Source of the DNA: Campylobacteraceae bacterium | Lineage (GTDB): Bacteria; Campylobacterota; Campylobacteria; Campylobacterales; Arcobacteraceae | Direction of reading: 5' to 3' | DNA length: 64,000 bases | NCBI GenBank assembly: GCA_018662405.1 | Contig: JABJGE010000042.1 | Location: 2,108-66,107 of the forward strand | Shown here: one piece after another, positions 9,267 through 21,037 of the stretch | How the letters are laid out: each line of letters starts with the position of its first letter | Position numbering within the stretch: position 1 is the first letter of the stretch | Program-made: the position numbers and the translations under genes | Notes under the pieces: generated by a model | The model's input: only the letters and a program-made list of their open reading frames with translations | Database searches by the model: none | What the model was told of the DNA's origin: nothing

Positions 9267-10100
9267 TTAAAGTTTTTCTATTTGATTAACTACTTTTTGT
9301 ATAATCCAATCAGGAGTAGATGCACCTGCTGTTACACCACAAAGATTTTTATTATTAAACCATTGTGAATTTATATCTAGTTCATCTTCAATAAGATAAG
9401 AGTTTATACAGTAGTCCTGTGCAATATTTAGTAATTGTTTTGTATTTGATGAGTTTTTACCACCAATAACAATCATAATATCTACTTTTTGTGCAAGTTC
9501 TTTTGTAGCTGCTTGATTTTCAAATGTAGCATCACAAATAGTATTAAATACTCTAACTTCTTTATATCTTAAAATTAGTTTATTTACTATTTGTAAATAT
9601 ATTTCTTTTTTTCTTGTAGTTTGTGCAACAGTAGCAATTTTTCCATATTTAAATACAATGTTATCTAAGTCTGATTCATCTAAAACTACGTGTACATCAC
9701 TTATATCTTTACCGTAACTCTTTACTCCTTTAACTTCTGGATGATTTTCATCTCCAAATATTAAAATAGAGTATTCTTCTTCGGACATATTTTTCACAAT
9801 TTGTTGAGGAGTTGTAACAAATGGACAAGTTGCATTTATTATTTTTGCATCTTTTTTCTTTAATTGTGTAAGATCATTCTTAGGAATACCATGTGTTCTA
9901 ATAATAACAGTATCATCTTTTTTAACTTCACCTAGAGTGTTATAAAGACCAACATCATAATTGTCTTGTAGTCTATTTATTTCATTTTGATTATGAATTA
10001 GAGGACCCATTGTTGAAGCATTTTGATTTTCTTCAGCTATTTTTATAGCTCGTTTAACTCCAAAACAAAATCCATAATGTGTAGCTAATTCAACTTTCAT
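9267..10100 (-). CDS. ispH: 4-hydroxy-3-methylbut-2-enyl diphosphate reductase
   Basis: 277 aa. LytB family with three cluster Cys contexts: YGFCFGV, ATCPFV, NTICDAT. Confidence 0.92.
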   Translation of the reverse strand: MKVELATHYGFCFGVKRAIKIAEENQNASTMGPLIHNQNEINRLQDNYDVGLYNTLGEVKKDDTVIIRTHGIPKNDLTQLKKKDAKIINATCPFVTTPQQIVKNMSEEEYSILIFGDENHPEVKGVKSYGKDISDVHVVLDESDLDNIVFKYGKIATVAQTTRKKEIYLQIVNKLILRYKEVRVFNTICDATFENQAATKELAQKVDIMIVIGGKNSSNTKQLLNIAQDYCINSYLIEDELDINSQWFNNKNLCGVTAGASTPDWIIQKVVNQIEKL

Positions 10101-10101
10101 A

Positions 10102-11382
10102 TTAAGCTCTTAGGCTTTCTAATATCTCCATAAAATTTGGAAATGACGTTTCAATACATTGTGTATCTTCAACTTCCATATCACATAATAGACCAGCTAT
10201 AGCAAAACTCATTGCAATTCTATGATCGCCATGAGAATTGATTGTAGCTTTATTTAATGTAGCATTCCCCTCTATTGTATAGCCATCTTCAAATTCAGTG
10301 AACTTAACTCCACATAATCCTAAAGAATTAACAACAGCAGAGATTCTATCACTTTCCTTTACTCTTAATTCTTCAGCATTTTTTACAGTACTAGGACTAC
10401 TAGCAATGCTCATAGCAATAGATAAAGCAGGAAGTTCATCAATAAGCCATGCAATATTAGATGATACTTCTACTCCATGTAGCTCATTATGCTCTACAAT
10501 AATATCACCAAGTGGTTCATATACGTCTTCTGTTTGAATATATGTAATTTTAGCACCCATCTTTTCTAGTACTTTATAAGCTTCAATTCTAGTAGGATTT
10601 AAAGTAAGATTTTTTAAAGTAACTTTAGACTTTGGTGTAATTGCAGCAGCTACAGCAAAAAAGAATGCTGATGAAGGATCAGTTGGTACTGTAATATTTA
10701 GAGGTTTTAGTGGCTCTTTTATTGGATTAATTTTAATCCATCCATCTTCTTGTGTAGATATATTTACTCCCATACCACTAAGCATTCGTTCTGTATGGTC
10801 ACGACTTAAAAGATTCTCTTTATAAAAGCTAGGCTCATCGCCTCTTAATGATGCTAATATTAAAGCAGATTTTACTTGTGCAGAATCAATTGGAGAATGA
10901 TATTTAAAAGATTTTAATTTTCCACCTCTTATATGCAATGGAGCTTTATTTCCATCTTCTCTTCCATCAATTTTAGCACCAATATCTCTTAATGGATTAG
11001 CAACTCTTTTCATTGGTCTAGATCTTAAGTATTTATCACCAGTAAGTACAAAACTACCTTCTGTACCAGCTAATAATCCAGCGTATAATCTCATACCTGT
11101 ACCAGCATTCCCACAATCAAGTATATCATCAGGTTCAGTAAGTTTTTCTGGTGGAGTTATGATTATAGTTTTCCCATGATCTTCTATTGTAGCACCTAAT
11201 TTAGCAGCAATATTTAGTGAATCCATAGTGTCTTCTCCACGAAGATAGTTTTGGATTGTAGATGGTTGATTGCTTAGTAAACTAAACATAGCACATCTAT
11301 GTGATATAGATTTATCACTGGCAATATTATCAATTACAATATTAAATGGTTTTAATAGTTTACTTATACTTAATTTATCCAT
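10102..11382 (-). CDS. aroA: 3-phosphoshikimate 1-carboxyvinyltransferase (EPSP synthase)
   Basis: 426 aa. Motifs [26 protein letters not shown]. Confidence 0.92.
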   Translation of the reverse strand: MDKLSISKLLKPFNIVIDNIASDKSISHRCAMFSLLSNQPSTIQNYLRGEDTMDSLNIAAKLGATIEDHGKTIIITPPEKLTEPDDILDCGNAGTGMRLYAGLLAGTEGSFVLTGDKYLRSRPMKRVANPLRDIGAKIDGREDGNKAPLHIRGGKLKSFKYHSPIDSAQVKSALILASLRGDEPSFYKENLLSRDHTERMLSGMGVNISTQEDGWIKINPIKEPLKPLNITVPTDPSSAFFFAVAAAITPKSKVTLKNLTLNPTRIEAYKVLEKMGAKITYIQTEDVYEPLGDIIVEHNELHGVEVSSNIAWLIDELPALSIAMSIASSPSTVKNAEELRVKESDRISAVVNSLGLCGVKFTEFEDGYTIEGNATLNKATINSHGDHRIAMSFAIAGLLCDMEVEDTQCIETSFPNFMEILESLRA

Positions 11383-11412
11383 ACTTACATATCCTTTTTA
11401 ATTTATTTGTTC

Positions 11413-13749
11413 CTAATCCCTAAGACCAATATTTAATTTATCTTTTAGTTGTTCTAAAATTTTACTCATAATAGAAGTTATCTCTTCCTCTTCCATTGTT
11501 TTATCTTGAGATTGTAAAACAAATTTTATAGTAAGAGATTCATTGTTTCCTAATTTTTCGTCAGAATATATATCAACAAGATTAAACTGTTTAATTTCAT
11601 TGATTCTTAGAGCATTAATCTCTTTTTTAATTAATCTATATTCTAAATCTTTTGGTGCAATTACACTTAAATCTCTTTTAGAAGATTGATATTTAGATAT
11701 ATCTGTAGCTTGAATTAAATTGTCATTAATTAAATCAAAATCAATTTGAGATATAAATGTATCTGCAATATTATAATCACTAGCAACACTTGGATGTAAC
11801 TTAGATATAAATCCAATAGTTACTCCATTTACAATAATATTAGCATTTTGATATGGATGAATAAAGTCATTAGTTATTTTATTCATTGGTTCTAATTCAA
11901 AATCTCCAATAACATTAGATATATTAGATGCAAAAGTAAATAAGTCCATTATTTGTGGTTTACCATTATTTGAGATAGCTTCAGATTCCTTAAATCCACT
12001 ATGTACAAATGCTAATTTTTTAGATTCATTTCTATTTTTATCAAATACAACACCATTTTCAAATAATGAAACGCTATTATAACCATGTTTATAGTTATTA
12101 GCAGTTGCTTCAATTAAATTTAATAATAATGTAGTTCTAAATGTATCTAACTCTTTGGTAATAGGATTAGTAATATCTAACTTTTCAGATACAGTTTCAA
12201 ATCCATATTTTTTAAGTTTTTCTTTTGAAGAGAATACATAAGAAATAGATTCATAGAAACTATTTGAAATAGCCTTTAATCTGATTTTATTCTTTTTTAC
12301 AAGAGATTTAGAAGTACTGTTAATACTATTCATCTCTTTGATTTCTAAAGGTTTTGCTTTAATATTATCAATTCCAATTATTCTTACTATCTCTTCTGTA
12401 ACATCAGCAATATTTTTAATATCATGTCTAAATTGAGGAATAGTTAAACTAAGAACTTTATCTTGAGCTACTTTAATCTTAAATCGTAAAGATTCTAAGA
12501 TTTGTATAATTCTTTGAATTTCAATCTCTTGTCCAATGATAGCATTTATTTTTTTAACTTGGATTGTTAATATTTCTGGATTTTTTTCTGTTATAAAATG
12601 TTTTGAACTTTTATGTATTAATACTCCAGAGTTAGATAATATTGTATGTAAATATTCACTACCTTCGTCTATATTTGATTCACTACCTCTTGAACTTCTG
12701 TAGTATATATCTTCTGTTTTGATTTTTGTATCATAAACTTTTTGTGAAATATAGTCTGGATCTATATATGAAGATGATAATATAATTTTTCGAATATTAT
12801 CACTATCTTTTTCAACTATAATATCATTTGTACTAATACCAATTGTAGAAATTTTTTCTTTTCCATAAAAAGATTCAAAACCATTTTCATCTTCTTTTAT
12901 AATTAATTTACAAAGATCATAATCATCTTTGTCTAGCTTATGAGAAGTAGCATCATAAAGTACACCACAAGAATGTGTTGCATAAGCAGTTGCTGTTAGT
13001 ATTTCATTTTTGTTATAACATGATACTATTGCAGTTCTTAATGAATATAATACAGGAAGTTTAAAGTTTGTAAAGTCAGCAGCACTAACAGTCACATTTG
13101 CTTTTAAATGAGAATCTGATGTTACATTTAAAATTTGTCCAATTGTAGTCTTAGAAAAATTAATTTTTGCCTTGAAAGACTTTATTCGTATATTGAAATA
13201 GGCACTAAGATCTCTAGCTACACCATGAATACTTAGACAGTCTCCTCTATTTGCAGTTAGTTCAAGTTCAATAACTTCATCATTTAAAAGTTCAAGAGTA
13301 TTTAGATCTTGACCTAATACTAATTCTCCAATAGAATTATCAAGTTCTAAAATACCATCATTAGTAGAAGGTAATCCAATTTCACTACTACTACAAATCA
13401 TACCATGAGAATCAACACCTCTAAGTTTTGCTTTTTTAATTTTAAAATCATCACCTAAGACAGTACCTACCGTTGCAACAGCTACCGTTTGACCAGCTGC
13501 TACATTCTTAGCTCCACAAACAATTTGAACCTGGCTCTCACCTAAGTTAACTTGACATATATTTAATTTATCTGCATCAGGATGCTTTTCACATGCTTCA
13601 ACAAATCCGATTTTTACCCCATTTGGGATTTCAATTTTTTCTACACTATCAACCTCTAGACCTACAGAGTTTAAAGCAGAACAAATATCATTAGTACTAA
13701 TATCTTTTATATCGATAAATTCATTTAACCAATTTCTTGTAATAATCAT
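11413..13749 (-). CDS. pheT: phenylalanine--tRNA ligase beta subunit
   Basis: 778 aa. N-terminal tRNA-binding OB domain ([15 protein letters not shown]). 4-nt overlap with pheS. Confidence 0.92.
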   Translation of the reverse strand: MIITRNWLNEFIDIKDISTNDICSALNSVGLEVDSVEKIEIPNGVKIGFVEACEKHPDADKLNICQVNLGESQVQIVCGAKNVAAGQTVAVATVGTVLGDDFKIKKAKLRGVDSHGMICSSSEIGLPSTNDGILELDNSIGELVLGQDLNTLELLNDEVIELELTANRGDCLSIHGVARDLSAYFNIRIKSFKAKINFSKTTIGQILNVTSDSHLKANVTVSAADFTNFKLPVLYSLRTAIVSCYNKNEILTATAYATHSCGVLYDATSHKLDKDDYDLCKLIIKEDENGFESFYGKEKISTIGISTNDIIVEKDSDNIRKIILSSSYIDPDYISQKVYDTKIKTEDIYYRSSRGSESNIDEGSEYLHTILSNSGVLIHKSSKHFITEKNPEILTIQVKKINAIIGQEIEIQRIIQILESLRFKIKVAQDKVLSLTIPQFRHDIKNIADVTEEIVRIIGIDNIKAKPLEIKEMNSINSTSKSLVKKNKIRLKAISNSFYESISYVFSSKEKLKKYGFETVSEKLDITNPITKELDTFRTTLLLNLIEATANNYKHGYNSVSLFENGVVFDKNRNESKKLAFVHSGFKESEAISNNGKPQIMDLFTFASNISNVIGDFELEPMNKITNDFIHPYQNANIIVNGVTIGFISKLHPSVASDYNIADTFISQIDFDLINDNLIQATDISKYQSSKRDLSVIAPKDLEYRLIKKEINALRINEIKQFNLVDIYSDEKLGNNESLTIKFVLQSQDKTMEEEEITSIMSKILEQLKDKLNIGLRD

Positions 13750-14771
13750 TTTGCTGACCCTTTAAATTGTTCTAGTAATCTAATATCACTTTCAAAAAGT
13801 GATCTTAAATCACCTATTTTATGAATTAACATAGCAAATCTTTCAATACCTAGACCAAATGCATAACCACTAACTTTTTCATATCCAACTGCTTTGAATA
13901 CATTTTCATCAACAATACCACAACCTAGTACTTCAAGCCAACCTGTATGTGAACATACTCTACATCCACAACTCTTTCCAGTTGATGCATCTTTACAGAA
14001 GATACAAGAAATATCTACTTCGGCAGATGGTTCTGTGAATGGGAAAAATGATGGTCTAAATCTAACATCAATATCACCAAACATATGTTGTAAAAATTCA
14101 ACCATTACATGCTTTAAATTAGCAAAAGATATTTGATCTTCTTTGTCTACAACTAGTCCTTCAATTTGATTAAACATAGGAGTATGTGTAATATCAAAAT
14201 CTCGTCTAAAAACAGTTCCTGGAGCAATCATTCTAATTGGAGGCTTAGAGTTCATCATTGTTCTAATTTGTACAGGAGAAGTATGTGTTCTTAAAAGTTT
14301 CCCATCATTACAATAGAAAGTATCTTGCATATCTCTTGCTGGGTGAAATTTTGGTAAATTTAATGCTTCAAAGTTATGGAAATCATCTTCTACTAGAGGA
14401 CCTTCTTCTACGCTAAAGTTTAAATTTTGAAAGTATGAAGTTATTTTTTCCATTGTATCAGCAACTGGATGAGTAGCACCTACTGTTCCATTTGTAGTGC
14501 TGAATTTTGTAACATCTAAAAGTTCAGCTTTTAATTTTTGATCAAGTGCTAAAGCCATTAAAATTGTTTTCTTTGAATCTATTGCAGAATTTACTGCAGT
14601 TTTTTGTTTATTTAGATTTTGTGCAAATTCTTTCTTTTCTTCATTTGGCACATCTTTCATTCTTGCAAATTCTGCAGTTAAGATACCTTTTTTACCAAGT
14701 ATATCTATTCGTATTTGTTCTAAAGTATCTAGAGAATCTGATGATTCTATTTTATCTAGCCATTCTTGCAT
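13746..14771 (-). CDS. pheS: phenylalanine--tRNA ligase alpha subunit
   Basis: 341 aa. Class II motifs [18 protein letters not shown] and [10 protein letters not shown]. Confidence 0.93.
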   Translation of the reverse strand: MQEWLDKIESSDSLDTLEQIRIDILGKKGILTAEFARMKDVPNEEKKEFAQNLNKQKTAVNSAIDSKKTILMALALDQKLKAELLDVTKFSTTNGTVGATHPVADTMEKITSYFQNLNFSVEEGPLVEDDFHNFEALNLPKFHPARDMQDTFYCNDGKLLRTHTSPVQIRTMMNSKPPIRMIAPGTVFRRDFDITHTPMFNQIEGLVVDKEDQISFANLKHVMVEFLQHMFGDIDVRFRPSFFPFTEPSAEVDISCIFCKDASTGKSCGCRVCSHTGWLEVLGCGIVDENVFKAVGYEKVSGYAFGLGIERFAMLIHKIGDLRSLFESDIRLLEQFKGSAK

Positions 14772-14890
14772 TAAGAATTTCTCCTATGTTTTATAAATTG
14801 TTTATAATTATTTTATAATATATGGCGATTATATCTAAAGGCTTATTATAGTTTGGTTATACTTTTATTAGATAAAAACTAGGAGAAAAT

Positions 14891-15223
14891 ATGTGTATTT
14901 TTTGTAAAATAATTGCTGGTGAAATTCCAAATAAAACAATACTAGAGGATGAAAATTTTTTAGCATTTGAAGATATAAATCCTAGTGCAAATATTCATGC
15001 ACTTATAATCCCAAAGGTTCATATTCAGTCTTTTAATGAGATGACACCAAATATAATGGCCAATATGACAACATTTATACAAGAAGTTGCACTTACATTA
15101 GGTGTAAAATCTGATGGATATAGATTAATTACAAATATTGGTACTAATGGTGGACAAGAAGTTGAACATATTCATTTTCATATGCTTGCAGGTGAAAAGC
15201 TAGGCCCAATATATAAAAAATAA
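14891..15223 (+). CDS. HIT-family nucleotide hydrolase/transferase
   Basis: 110 aa. Histidine triad HIHFHML. Confidence 0.85.
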   Translation: MCIFCKIIAGEIPNKTILEDENFLAFEDINPSANIHALIIPKVHIQSFNEMTPNIMANMTTFIQEVALTLGVKSDGYRLITNIGTNGGQEVEHIHFHMLAGEKLGPIYKK

Positions 15224-16180
15224 ATGACTAGAAGATTATTGGGAGAATGGGAAGAACAAAGTTATGTACAACTTTGTTTTCCTCATAAAAATACAGATTG
15301 GAATGATTATCTTGATGAGATGATTCCAGTTTTTGACACTATTGCAAATATAATAGCAAAATATCAAAAATGTTTAGTATGTTTTGAAGATGAAGCTACT
15401 ATTAAAAATATAAAAAATAATCAAAATATAATTTTTAAAAAAGTATCTACAGATGATACTTGGTGTAGAGATTTTGGTGCAATTACAATAGAAGAAAATG
15501 ATTCTTTACAACTTTTAGACTTTACCTTTAATGGTTGGGGAAATAAATTTAACGCATCAAAAGATAATGATATAAATAAACAAATATTTAATGATACAAA
15601 GAAAATTGATTTTGTATTGGAAGGTGGATCTATAGATTCAAATGGATCTGGTGTTATTCTCACAACTAGTGATTGTTTATTAGAAAAAAATAGAAATCCA
15701 CAATTTACTAAAAAGCAAATAGAGCAAAAATTAAAATTTAATTTTGGAGCTAAGAAAATTATATGGCTTAATCATGGTTTTTTAGAAGGTGATGATACTG
15801 ATTCTCATATTGATATGCTAGCTAGATTTGTAGATTCTAATACAATTAGTTATGTAAAATGTGATGATAAAAATGATGTGCATTATGAAGAATTATCTAA
15901 AATGGAAGAGGAATTAAAGCAGACCAAATTTAATTTAGTGCCATTGCCTTGGATTAGTCCAAAATATTATGACAATGAAAGACTTCCTGCTAGTTATGCT
16001 AATTTTTTAATTATAAATGGTGCAGTTTTAGTACCTACTTATAGTGATAAAAATGATGAAAAAGCTTTAAATATATTTAGAGAATTATTCCCTGATAGAG
16101 ATATTATAGATATAGATTGTTCTAAGATTATCAGGCAGCATGGAAGTTTGCATTGTCTTACAATGCAATACTACCATTAA
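15224..16180 (+). CDS. agmatine deiminase-family protein (PAD_porph type)
   Basis: 318 aa. Motifs WCRDFG, DSHIDMLARF, and the C-terminal catalytic Cys context GSLHCLT. TAA-ATG abuts the HIT gene. Confidence 0.8.
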   Translation: MTRRLLGEWEEQSYVQLCFPHKNTDWNDYLDEMIPVFDTIANIIAKYQKCLVCFEDEATIKNIKNNQNIIFKKVSTDDTWCRDFGAITIEENDSLQLLDFTFNGWGNKFNASKDNDINKQIFNDTKKIDFVLEGGSIDSNGSGVILTTSDCLLEKNRNPQFTKKQIEQKLKFNFGAKKIIWLNHGFLEGDDTDSHIDMLARFVDSNTISYVKCDDKNDVHYEELSKMEEELKQTKFNLVPLPWISPKYYDNERLPASYANFLIINGAVLVPTYSDKNDEKALNIFRELFPDRDIIDIDCSKIIRQHGSLHCLTMQYYH

Positions 16181-16186
16181 TTTAGA

Positions 16187-17422
16187 TTAAGGTCTTGTTT
16201 GACCATTTCCTAATATTTTGAACTTATATGTTGTAAGTTCATTTATTCCCATTGGTCCTCTTGCATGAAGTTTATTTGTACTAATTCCAACTTCAGCTCC
16301 AAATCCAAATTGACCACCGTCTGTAAATTGCGTAGATGCATTTAAATATACACATGCAGAATCAACACTATTTAAAAAAGTTTCAGCATCTGTATAGTTT
16401 TCTGTAATAATTGCATCAGAATGATCAGAACCATATTGTCTAATGTGTGAAATAGCTTCTTTTACATTTTCTACAATTTTGATTGATAAAATATTATCTA
16501 AATATTCCTCTTCCCAGTCACTAGAATCTGCTTTATTTATATCTAGAATTGCTTGTGTTTTATCACAACCTCTAAGTTCAGTATTATACTTATCAAATTC
16601 ATCTTTTAGAAGAGGTAATATAGTCGTTGCTATTTCATTATCAACTAGCATTGTTTCCATTGCACCACAAATTCCAGCTCGCCTACATTTTGCATTTATT
16701 GATACATCAATAGCTTTTTGAATATTGGCATCTTTATGGATATATGTATGGCATAAACCTTTATCATGTTTTACAACAGGAACAGAAGCATTTGAACTTA
16801 TATATTTAATTAATGCTGATCCACCTCTTGGAATAATAAGGTCAACATATTCATCTTGTTTAATTAAATTTGCTACAGCTTCTCTACTACTATCTGGTAA
16901 TAAAGATACAAGAGCTTTAGGAAGATTATTTTTTATTAATGCTTCTTGTAAGACTTGTGCAATAATTGTATTACTATGTAACGCTTCTTTTCCACCTTTT
17001 AAAATACAAACATTTCCACTTTTTAAACATAAAGCAGCAGTATCACTTGTAACATTTGGTCTTGATTCATAAATAATACCAATTACACCAATAGGTACTG
17101 AAACTTTTTGTATATTTAATCCAGAATCTGTAGTCCAACCTTCATGTATTTTCCCTACAGGCTCTTTTAATGCTGCAATATCTCTAATTGCTGTAGCCAT
17201 ATCTGATATTCTTGTTTCATTTAAAAGAAGTCTATCCATTAATGCTGAACTAAGATTATTCTCTTTCCCAGATTCAATATCTTTTTTATTTTCATTTTCA
17301 ATTCTAGAAATATTTTCAAGTAATGAATCAGCCATATCGTTTAAAACTTTATTTTTAATAGCACCACTTAATGTAGATGCTATACCACTAGCATCTTTTG
17401 CATCCTTTAGAAATTGTTCCAT
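16187..17422 (-). CDS. proA: glutamate-5-semialdehyde dehydrogenase
   Basis: 411 aa. Aldehyde dehydrogenase fold with proA-type sequence (IYESRPNVT, catalytic Cys in RAGICGAMET). Confidence 0.9.
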   Translation of the reverse strand: MEQFLKDAKDASGIASTLSGAIKNKVLNDMADSLLENISRIENENKKDIESGKENNLSSALMDRLLLNETRISDMATAIRDIAALKEPVGKIHEGWTTDSGLNIQKVSVPIGVIGIIYESRPNVTSDTAALCLKSGNVCILKGGKEALHSNTIIAQVLQEALIKNNLPKALVSLLPDSSREAVANLIKQDEYVDLIIPRGGSALIKYISSNASVPVVKHDKGLCHTYIHKDANIQKAIDVSINAKCRRAGICGAMETMLVDNEIATTILPLLKDEFDKYNTELRGCDKTQAILDINKADSSDWEEEYLDNILSIKIVENVKEAISHIRQYGSDHSDAIITENYTDAETFLNSVDSACVYLNASTQFTDGGQFGFGAEVGISTNKLHARGPMGINELTTYKFKILGNGQTRP

Positions 17423-17440
17423 TAATATGTCCCTTATTTT

Positions 17441-17755
17441 TTAGTCTTGAATATAGCTACAGCAATAATCAGTAACAGTTTTTATTTTAAGATCAAAAGA
17501 CGAATTTGCTGGAACATTGAAAGATTCTGGAGTATTTAATGTTTTCCAATCCTCTCCTGGTAATTTAATATCAAGTTCACCACTCATCATTTCCATGATC
17601 TCTGCTTGAGCAGTACCAAAAGTATATTCACCTGGAAGCATAATTCCAAGAGATTGAACACTACCATCTTCTAATACGATACTTCTACTTGTAACTTTTC
17701 CATCATAGTAAATATTTGCTTCTTTTGTAATTGTTATGTTTTTTAATTCTGCCAT
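17441..17755 (-). CDS. ppnP: pyrimidine/purine nucleoside phosphorylase (DUF1255 cupin)
   Basis: 104 aa. YYDGKVTSRS...GEYTFGT pattern typical of PpnP/YaiE. Confidence 0.75.
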   Translation of the reverse strand: MAELKNITITKEANIYYDGKVTSRSIVLEDGSVQSLGIMLPGEYTFGTAQAEIMEMMSGELDIKLPGEDWKTLNTPESFNVPANSSFDLKIKTVTDYCCSYIQD

Positions 17756-17781
17756 TTTAATTTCCTTATATTTTAAATTTA

Positions 17782-18549
17782 TTAATTTTTTTGTTTTAAT
17801 TCTTTTGCTTTTTCATAAGCATCTTTAATTGCTTCGATCATTCCATGTCTAACATTTGCTTTTTCAAGTGCAGCATATCCTGCCGCTGTTGTACCACCTG
17901 GAGACATAACGCCATCTTTAATATTTGCTGGAGTATCATTTGCAATCAGACTTGCAAAACCATCAAAAAGACCAGCCACAAGCTTTTGACTATCATCTCT
18001 TTTTAGTCCAGCATTAACAGCACCATCTGCTAAACTTTCTGCTACTAATGCCAAAAATGCAGGACCACTTCCAGCAACTCCTGTAGCAATATCTATTTCA
18101 TTTTCACTACTAAGCCATAAAGTAGATCCAATCTTATTAAAAATTTCTAATGCAGTATTTTTTATATCTTCATCACCTGTTACTGTTGTCATAGATTTTA
18201 AGTATGCAGCACCAAGATTTGGCATAGTTCTAATATAGCTTTTTGAATCTATTTGAGACTTTATGCTAGAAATTGTTGTACCTGCAAGTACAGAATAAAT
18301 TGCATTTGCCTTTCCATTTAGCTTTGGTGCTAAATCAGGAAGAGAATAAGGTTTTACACAAAGAACAATATTTTTACCAGTAATATCTTCATCATCACTA
18401 ATTAATTTTACTTGTACTTTAGGTAATTCTTTTTTAATATCATCTAAAGTTTTTTGATTTCTTCCTATCACTTCAATGTCATATGTTTTAACTAAACCTT
18501 CAATTAAGGCTTTAGCCATATTTCCATTTCCTATAAATGTTAACATCAT
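17782..18549 (-). CDS. proC: pyrroline-5-carboxylate reductase
   Basis: 255 aa. N-terminal Rossmann fold (FIGNGNMAKA) and C-terminal SPGGTT motif. Confidence 0.9.
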   Translation of the reverse strand: MMLTFIGNGNMAKALIEGLVKTYDIEVIGRNQKTLDDIKKELPKVQVKLISDDEDITGKNIVLCVKPYSLPDLAPKLNGKANAIYSVLAGTTISSIKSQIDSKSYIRTMPNLGAAYLKSMTTVTGDEDIKNTALEIFNKIGSTLWLSSENEIDIATGVAGSGPAFLALVAESLADGAVNAGLKRDDSQKLVAGLFDGFASLIANDTPANIKDGVMSPGGTTAAGYAALEKANVRHGMIEAIKDAYEKAKELKQKN

Positions 18550-18645
18550 TTATTATTCCTAATTTTTAAATATATTAAGGATAACATAATTTATGTCAAA
18601 GTTATATTTAGTCAAACTTATATTAATAAATAAGTAGGATAATTA

Positions 18646-20094
18646 ATGAGTGAATTTTTTACAAGTATAAATAGTATATTAGAAGCTATGTTGTTTTTTG
18701 ACATATTATTTGGTCTAGTTGAAGGTACTACTATTCCATTTTTAGTTGCATGGTTAATTATTGGTGGAGTATATCTTACTTTTAAAATGAACTTTGTTGG
18801 TTTTAAATATTTTAAACATGCTTATCACATTATAATTGGTAGATACAAGACAAAAGATGACAAAGGTATTATTCCTCCATTTGGATCACTTACGACTGCA
18901 CTTAGTGCAACCGTAGGTCTTGGTAATATAGCTGGTGTTGCATTAGCTGTTTCGTTAGGTGGACCAGGTGCAACATTTTGGATGATTGTTGCAGGTTTTT
19001 TAGGTATGAGCTTGAAGTTCACAGAAGTAACATTATCTTTACAACATAGAGAATTCTTAAAAGATGGTACAGTTATGGGTGGTGCTATGGAGTACTTATC
19101 AAAAGGTTTGGCACAAAAAGGGATGCCAGTCTTTGGTAAATACTTAGCAATACTATTTGCAATTTTTATGATAGGTGGTGCAATAGGTGGTGGAAATACT
19201 TTTCAAGTTTCTCAAGCTGTAAGTGCTATAGGACAAGAAGTTAGTTTTTTTGATGAAAATCCAATAGTTTTTGGATTTATTATTGCTTCATTTGTAGGTT
19301 TTGTAATAATAGGTGGTGTTTCTAGAATAGCAAGTATCACAGAAAGATTAGTCCCTGTAATGGCAATTATTTATGTTGGTGCATCACTTTGGATATTAGG
19401 ATTTCATTATGATAAAATAGCCTATGCATTTGGATTGATTTTTACAGAAGCATTTACATCAAATGCATTATATGGTGGAATTATAGGATCACTTGTACAA
19501 GGATTTCAAAGAGCAGTATTTTCTAGTGAAGCAGGTATAGGATCATCTCCTGTTGCCCATGCACCTGCAAAGACTAAGTATCCAGTAAGACAAGGTATGG
19601 TTGCTCTTTATGAGCCATTTATTGATACTATTGTAATTTGTACTATGACTGCATTGGTTATTATTATTACTGGTGTATATGATCCAAATGGAGCTTATGC
19701 CGGCCTAATTAATAGTAGAGAAGGGGCTGCATTAACTGCAGTAGCATATGGAACTGTAATATCATGGTTTCCAGCTATTCTATCAGTATGTATTGCTTTA
19801 TTTGCATTTTCTACAATGATTTCTTGGGCTTATTATGGTGAGCGAGCATGGGTATATTTATTTGGTTCTAAATATTCTATAATTTATAAACTATTGTTTT
19901 TATCATTAACAATAATAGGGTCAGTTGTAAGTACAGATATATTAGTTAATTTTAGTTTCATGCTTTTACTAGCTATGGCATTACCAAATATTTTAGGTTT
20001 ATTTATATTAAGTGGGGATGTAAAAAAAGATTTAGTTGATTATGATAAAAAACTTAAGAGTGGGGAATTAGATAAGGAAGCAATTAGGGATTAA
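18646..20094 (+). CDS. sodium:alanine/glycine symporter (AGCS family)
   Basis: 482 aa, polytopic. Motifs GLGNIAGVALA and GGPGATFWM. Confidence 0.85.
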   Translation: MSEFFTSINSILEAMLFFDILFGLVEGTTIPFLVAWLIIGGVYLTFKMNFVGFKYFKHAYHIIIGRYKTKDDKGIIPPFGSLTTALSATVGLGNIAGVALAVSLGGPGATFWMIVAGFLGMSLKFTEVTLSLQHREFLKDGTVMGGAMEYLSKGLAQKGMPVFGKYLAILFAIFMIGGAIGGGNTFQVSQAVSAIGQEVSFFDENPIVFGFIIASFVGFVIIGGVSRIASITERLVPVMAIIYVGASLWILGFHYDKIAYAFGLIFTEAFTSNALYGGIIGSLVQGFQRAVFSSEAGIGSSPVAHAPAKTKYPVRQGMVALYEPFIDTIVICTMTALVIIITGVYDPNGAYAGLINSREGAALTAVAYGTVISWFPAILSVCIALFAFSTMISWAYYGERAWVYLFGSKYSIIYKLLFLSLTIIGSVVSTDILVNFSFMLLLAMALPNILGLFILSGDVKKDLVDYDKKLKSGELDKEAIRD

Positions 20095-20273
20095 TCCTTG
20101 TATTAGAAGATTTAGTTATTAAAAACTACAGTGATATAAAATTACGTATAATTTATATGTAGTATATGAATTTTTAGGTTCTTCAATATGATACAATATC
20201 CTAATTATAATTTCAATTACACTTTATAACAAAGTAATGAAATATATATTGTATATAGAAACAGTAGGTTTTA

Positions 20274-20373
20274 ATATTTAAAGAAGCCCTGAGGAAGAGT
20301 GTTAAAAAAATTATAAGGAAAAACTCTTCTTTAAAACTGGAGAAGTTATTGTTCTCAGGACTTTTTTAAATAT
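20274..20373. other. ~100-nt structured intergenic element (long closing stem plus internal hairpin, T-runs on both strands)
   Basis: tatttaaagaagccctgag (20274-20292) pairs with ctcaggacttttttaaata (20355-20373), with one mismatch and one G-U. Internal hairpin gaagagt/actcttc. Confidence 0.4.
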
Positions 20374-20482
20374 TAATAATTTAAATTATTTCTGTAGAAA
20401 TACAATAAAAATAACATATAAATACAAAGCAGAAAAAATGAAAAATGAAAACATGCTTTGTATTTATATATTACTTCTATTT

Positions 20483-20525
20483 TAAAAAGCAAGGTGAAAG
20501 GAGAGTAACACCTTGCTTATTTTTG
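20483..20525. terminator. bidirectional rho-independent terminator (ends the sulfur operon)
   Basis: Perfect 10-bp stem aagcaaggtg/caccttgctt (20487-20496 and 20509-20518), flanked by an A-run and a T-run. Confidence 0.75.
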
Positions 20526-20554
20526 ATCTATTCTATTTTTGAGTTATAAAAACT

Positions 20555-21025
20555 CTATTGCTTTAAAAAAGCTAATATTTTTTGTGTATCACTTGCTACT
20601 ATATCCATAACTTTTCTCTCTTCTCCACTAAAGAAGTTTTTCATTAAGCTAATATTCATAGTTGCAACATATACTTTACCGTTCTTCTCGTATACCCCAA
20701 CACCACAAGGCATCATTGTAATAATATGCTTGTGTGCATCATCTTTTAATATTCTATATGCTACTTTTCCATTACAAACTTTTATATTTGTAATATTTCC
20801 AATAGACGGTTTCCCTTTACTCATAAATGATTTATTAGTATCTTTGACTGTAAGAACACTCCAACCATTCTTTTTATAGCTATCTACAACAGCTTTAACG
20901 GTATCTTCATATGATAATTTACTCTGTACTTCAGAGAACATCATACTTGACCCTTTATCCATATTAGTATAACCTATAGCTACTATTAAAATAATACCAG
21001 ATATAAGTCCTGTTAAAAATTTCAT
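20555..21025 (-). CDS. DUF302-domain protein with N-terminal signal/anchor
   Basis: 156 aa. Hydrophobic N-terminus. The MMPCGVGVYEKNGKVYV segment is typical of DUF302. Confidence 0.65.
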   Translation of the reverse strand: MKFLTGLISGIILIVAIGYTNMDKGSSMMFSEVQSKLSYEDTVKAVVDSYKKNGWSVLTVKDTNKSFMSKGKPSIGNITNIKVCNGKVAYRILKDDAHKHIITMMPCGVGVYEKNGKVYVATMNISLMKNFFSGEERKVMDIVASDTQKILAFLKQ

Positions 21026-21037
21026 TTGCTATCCTTT

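Noticed and set aside
14772-14890. pheM-like Phe-rich leader peptide or attenuator upstream of pheST
   Set aside because: The leader between the putative -10 (14828-14833) and the pheS ATG is about 50 nt. It has no ORF and no terminator hairpin.
20100-20290. Tiny ORFs (13-14 codons) in the gap after the alanine symporter
   Set aside because: They have no SD sequences, and their AT-rich codons are indistinguishable from background.
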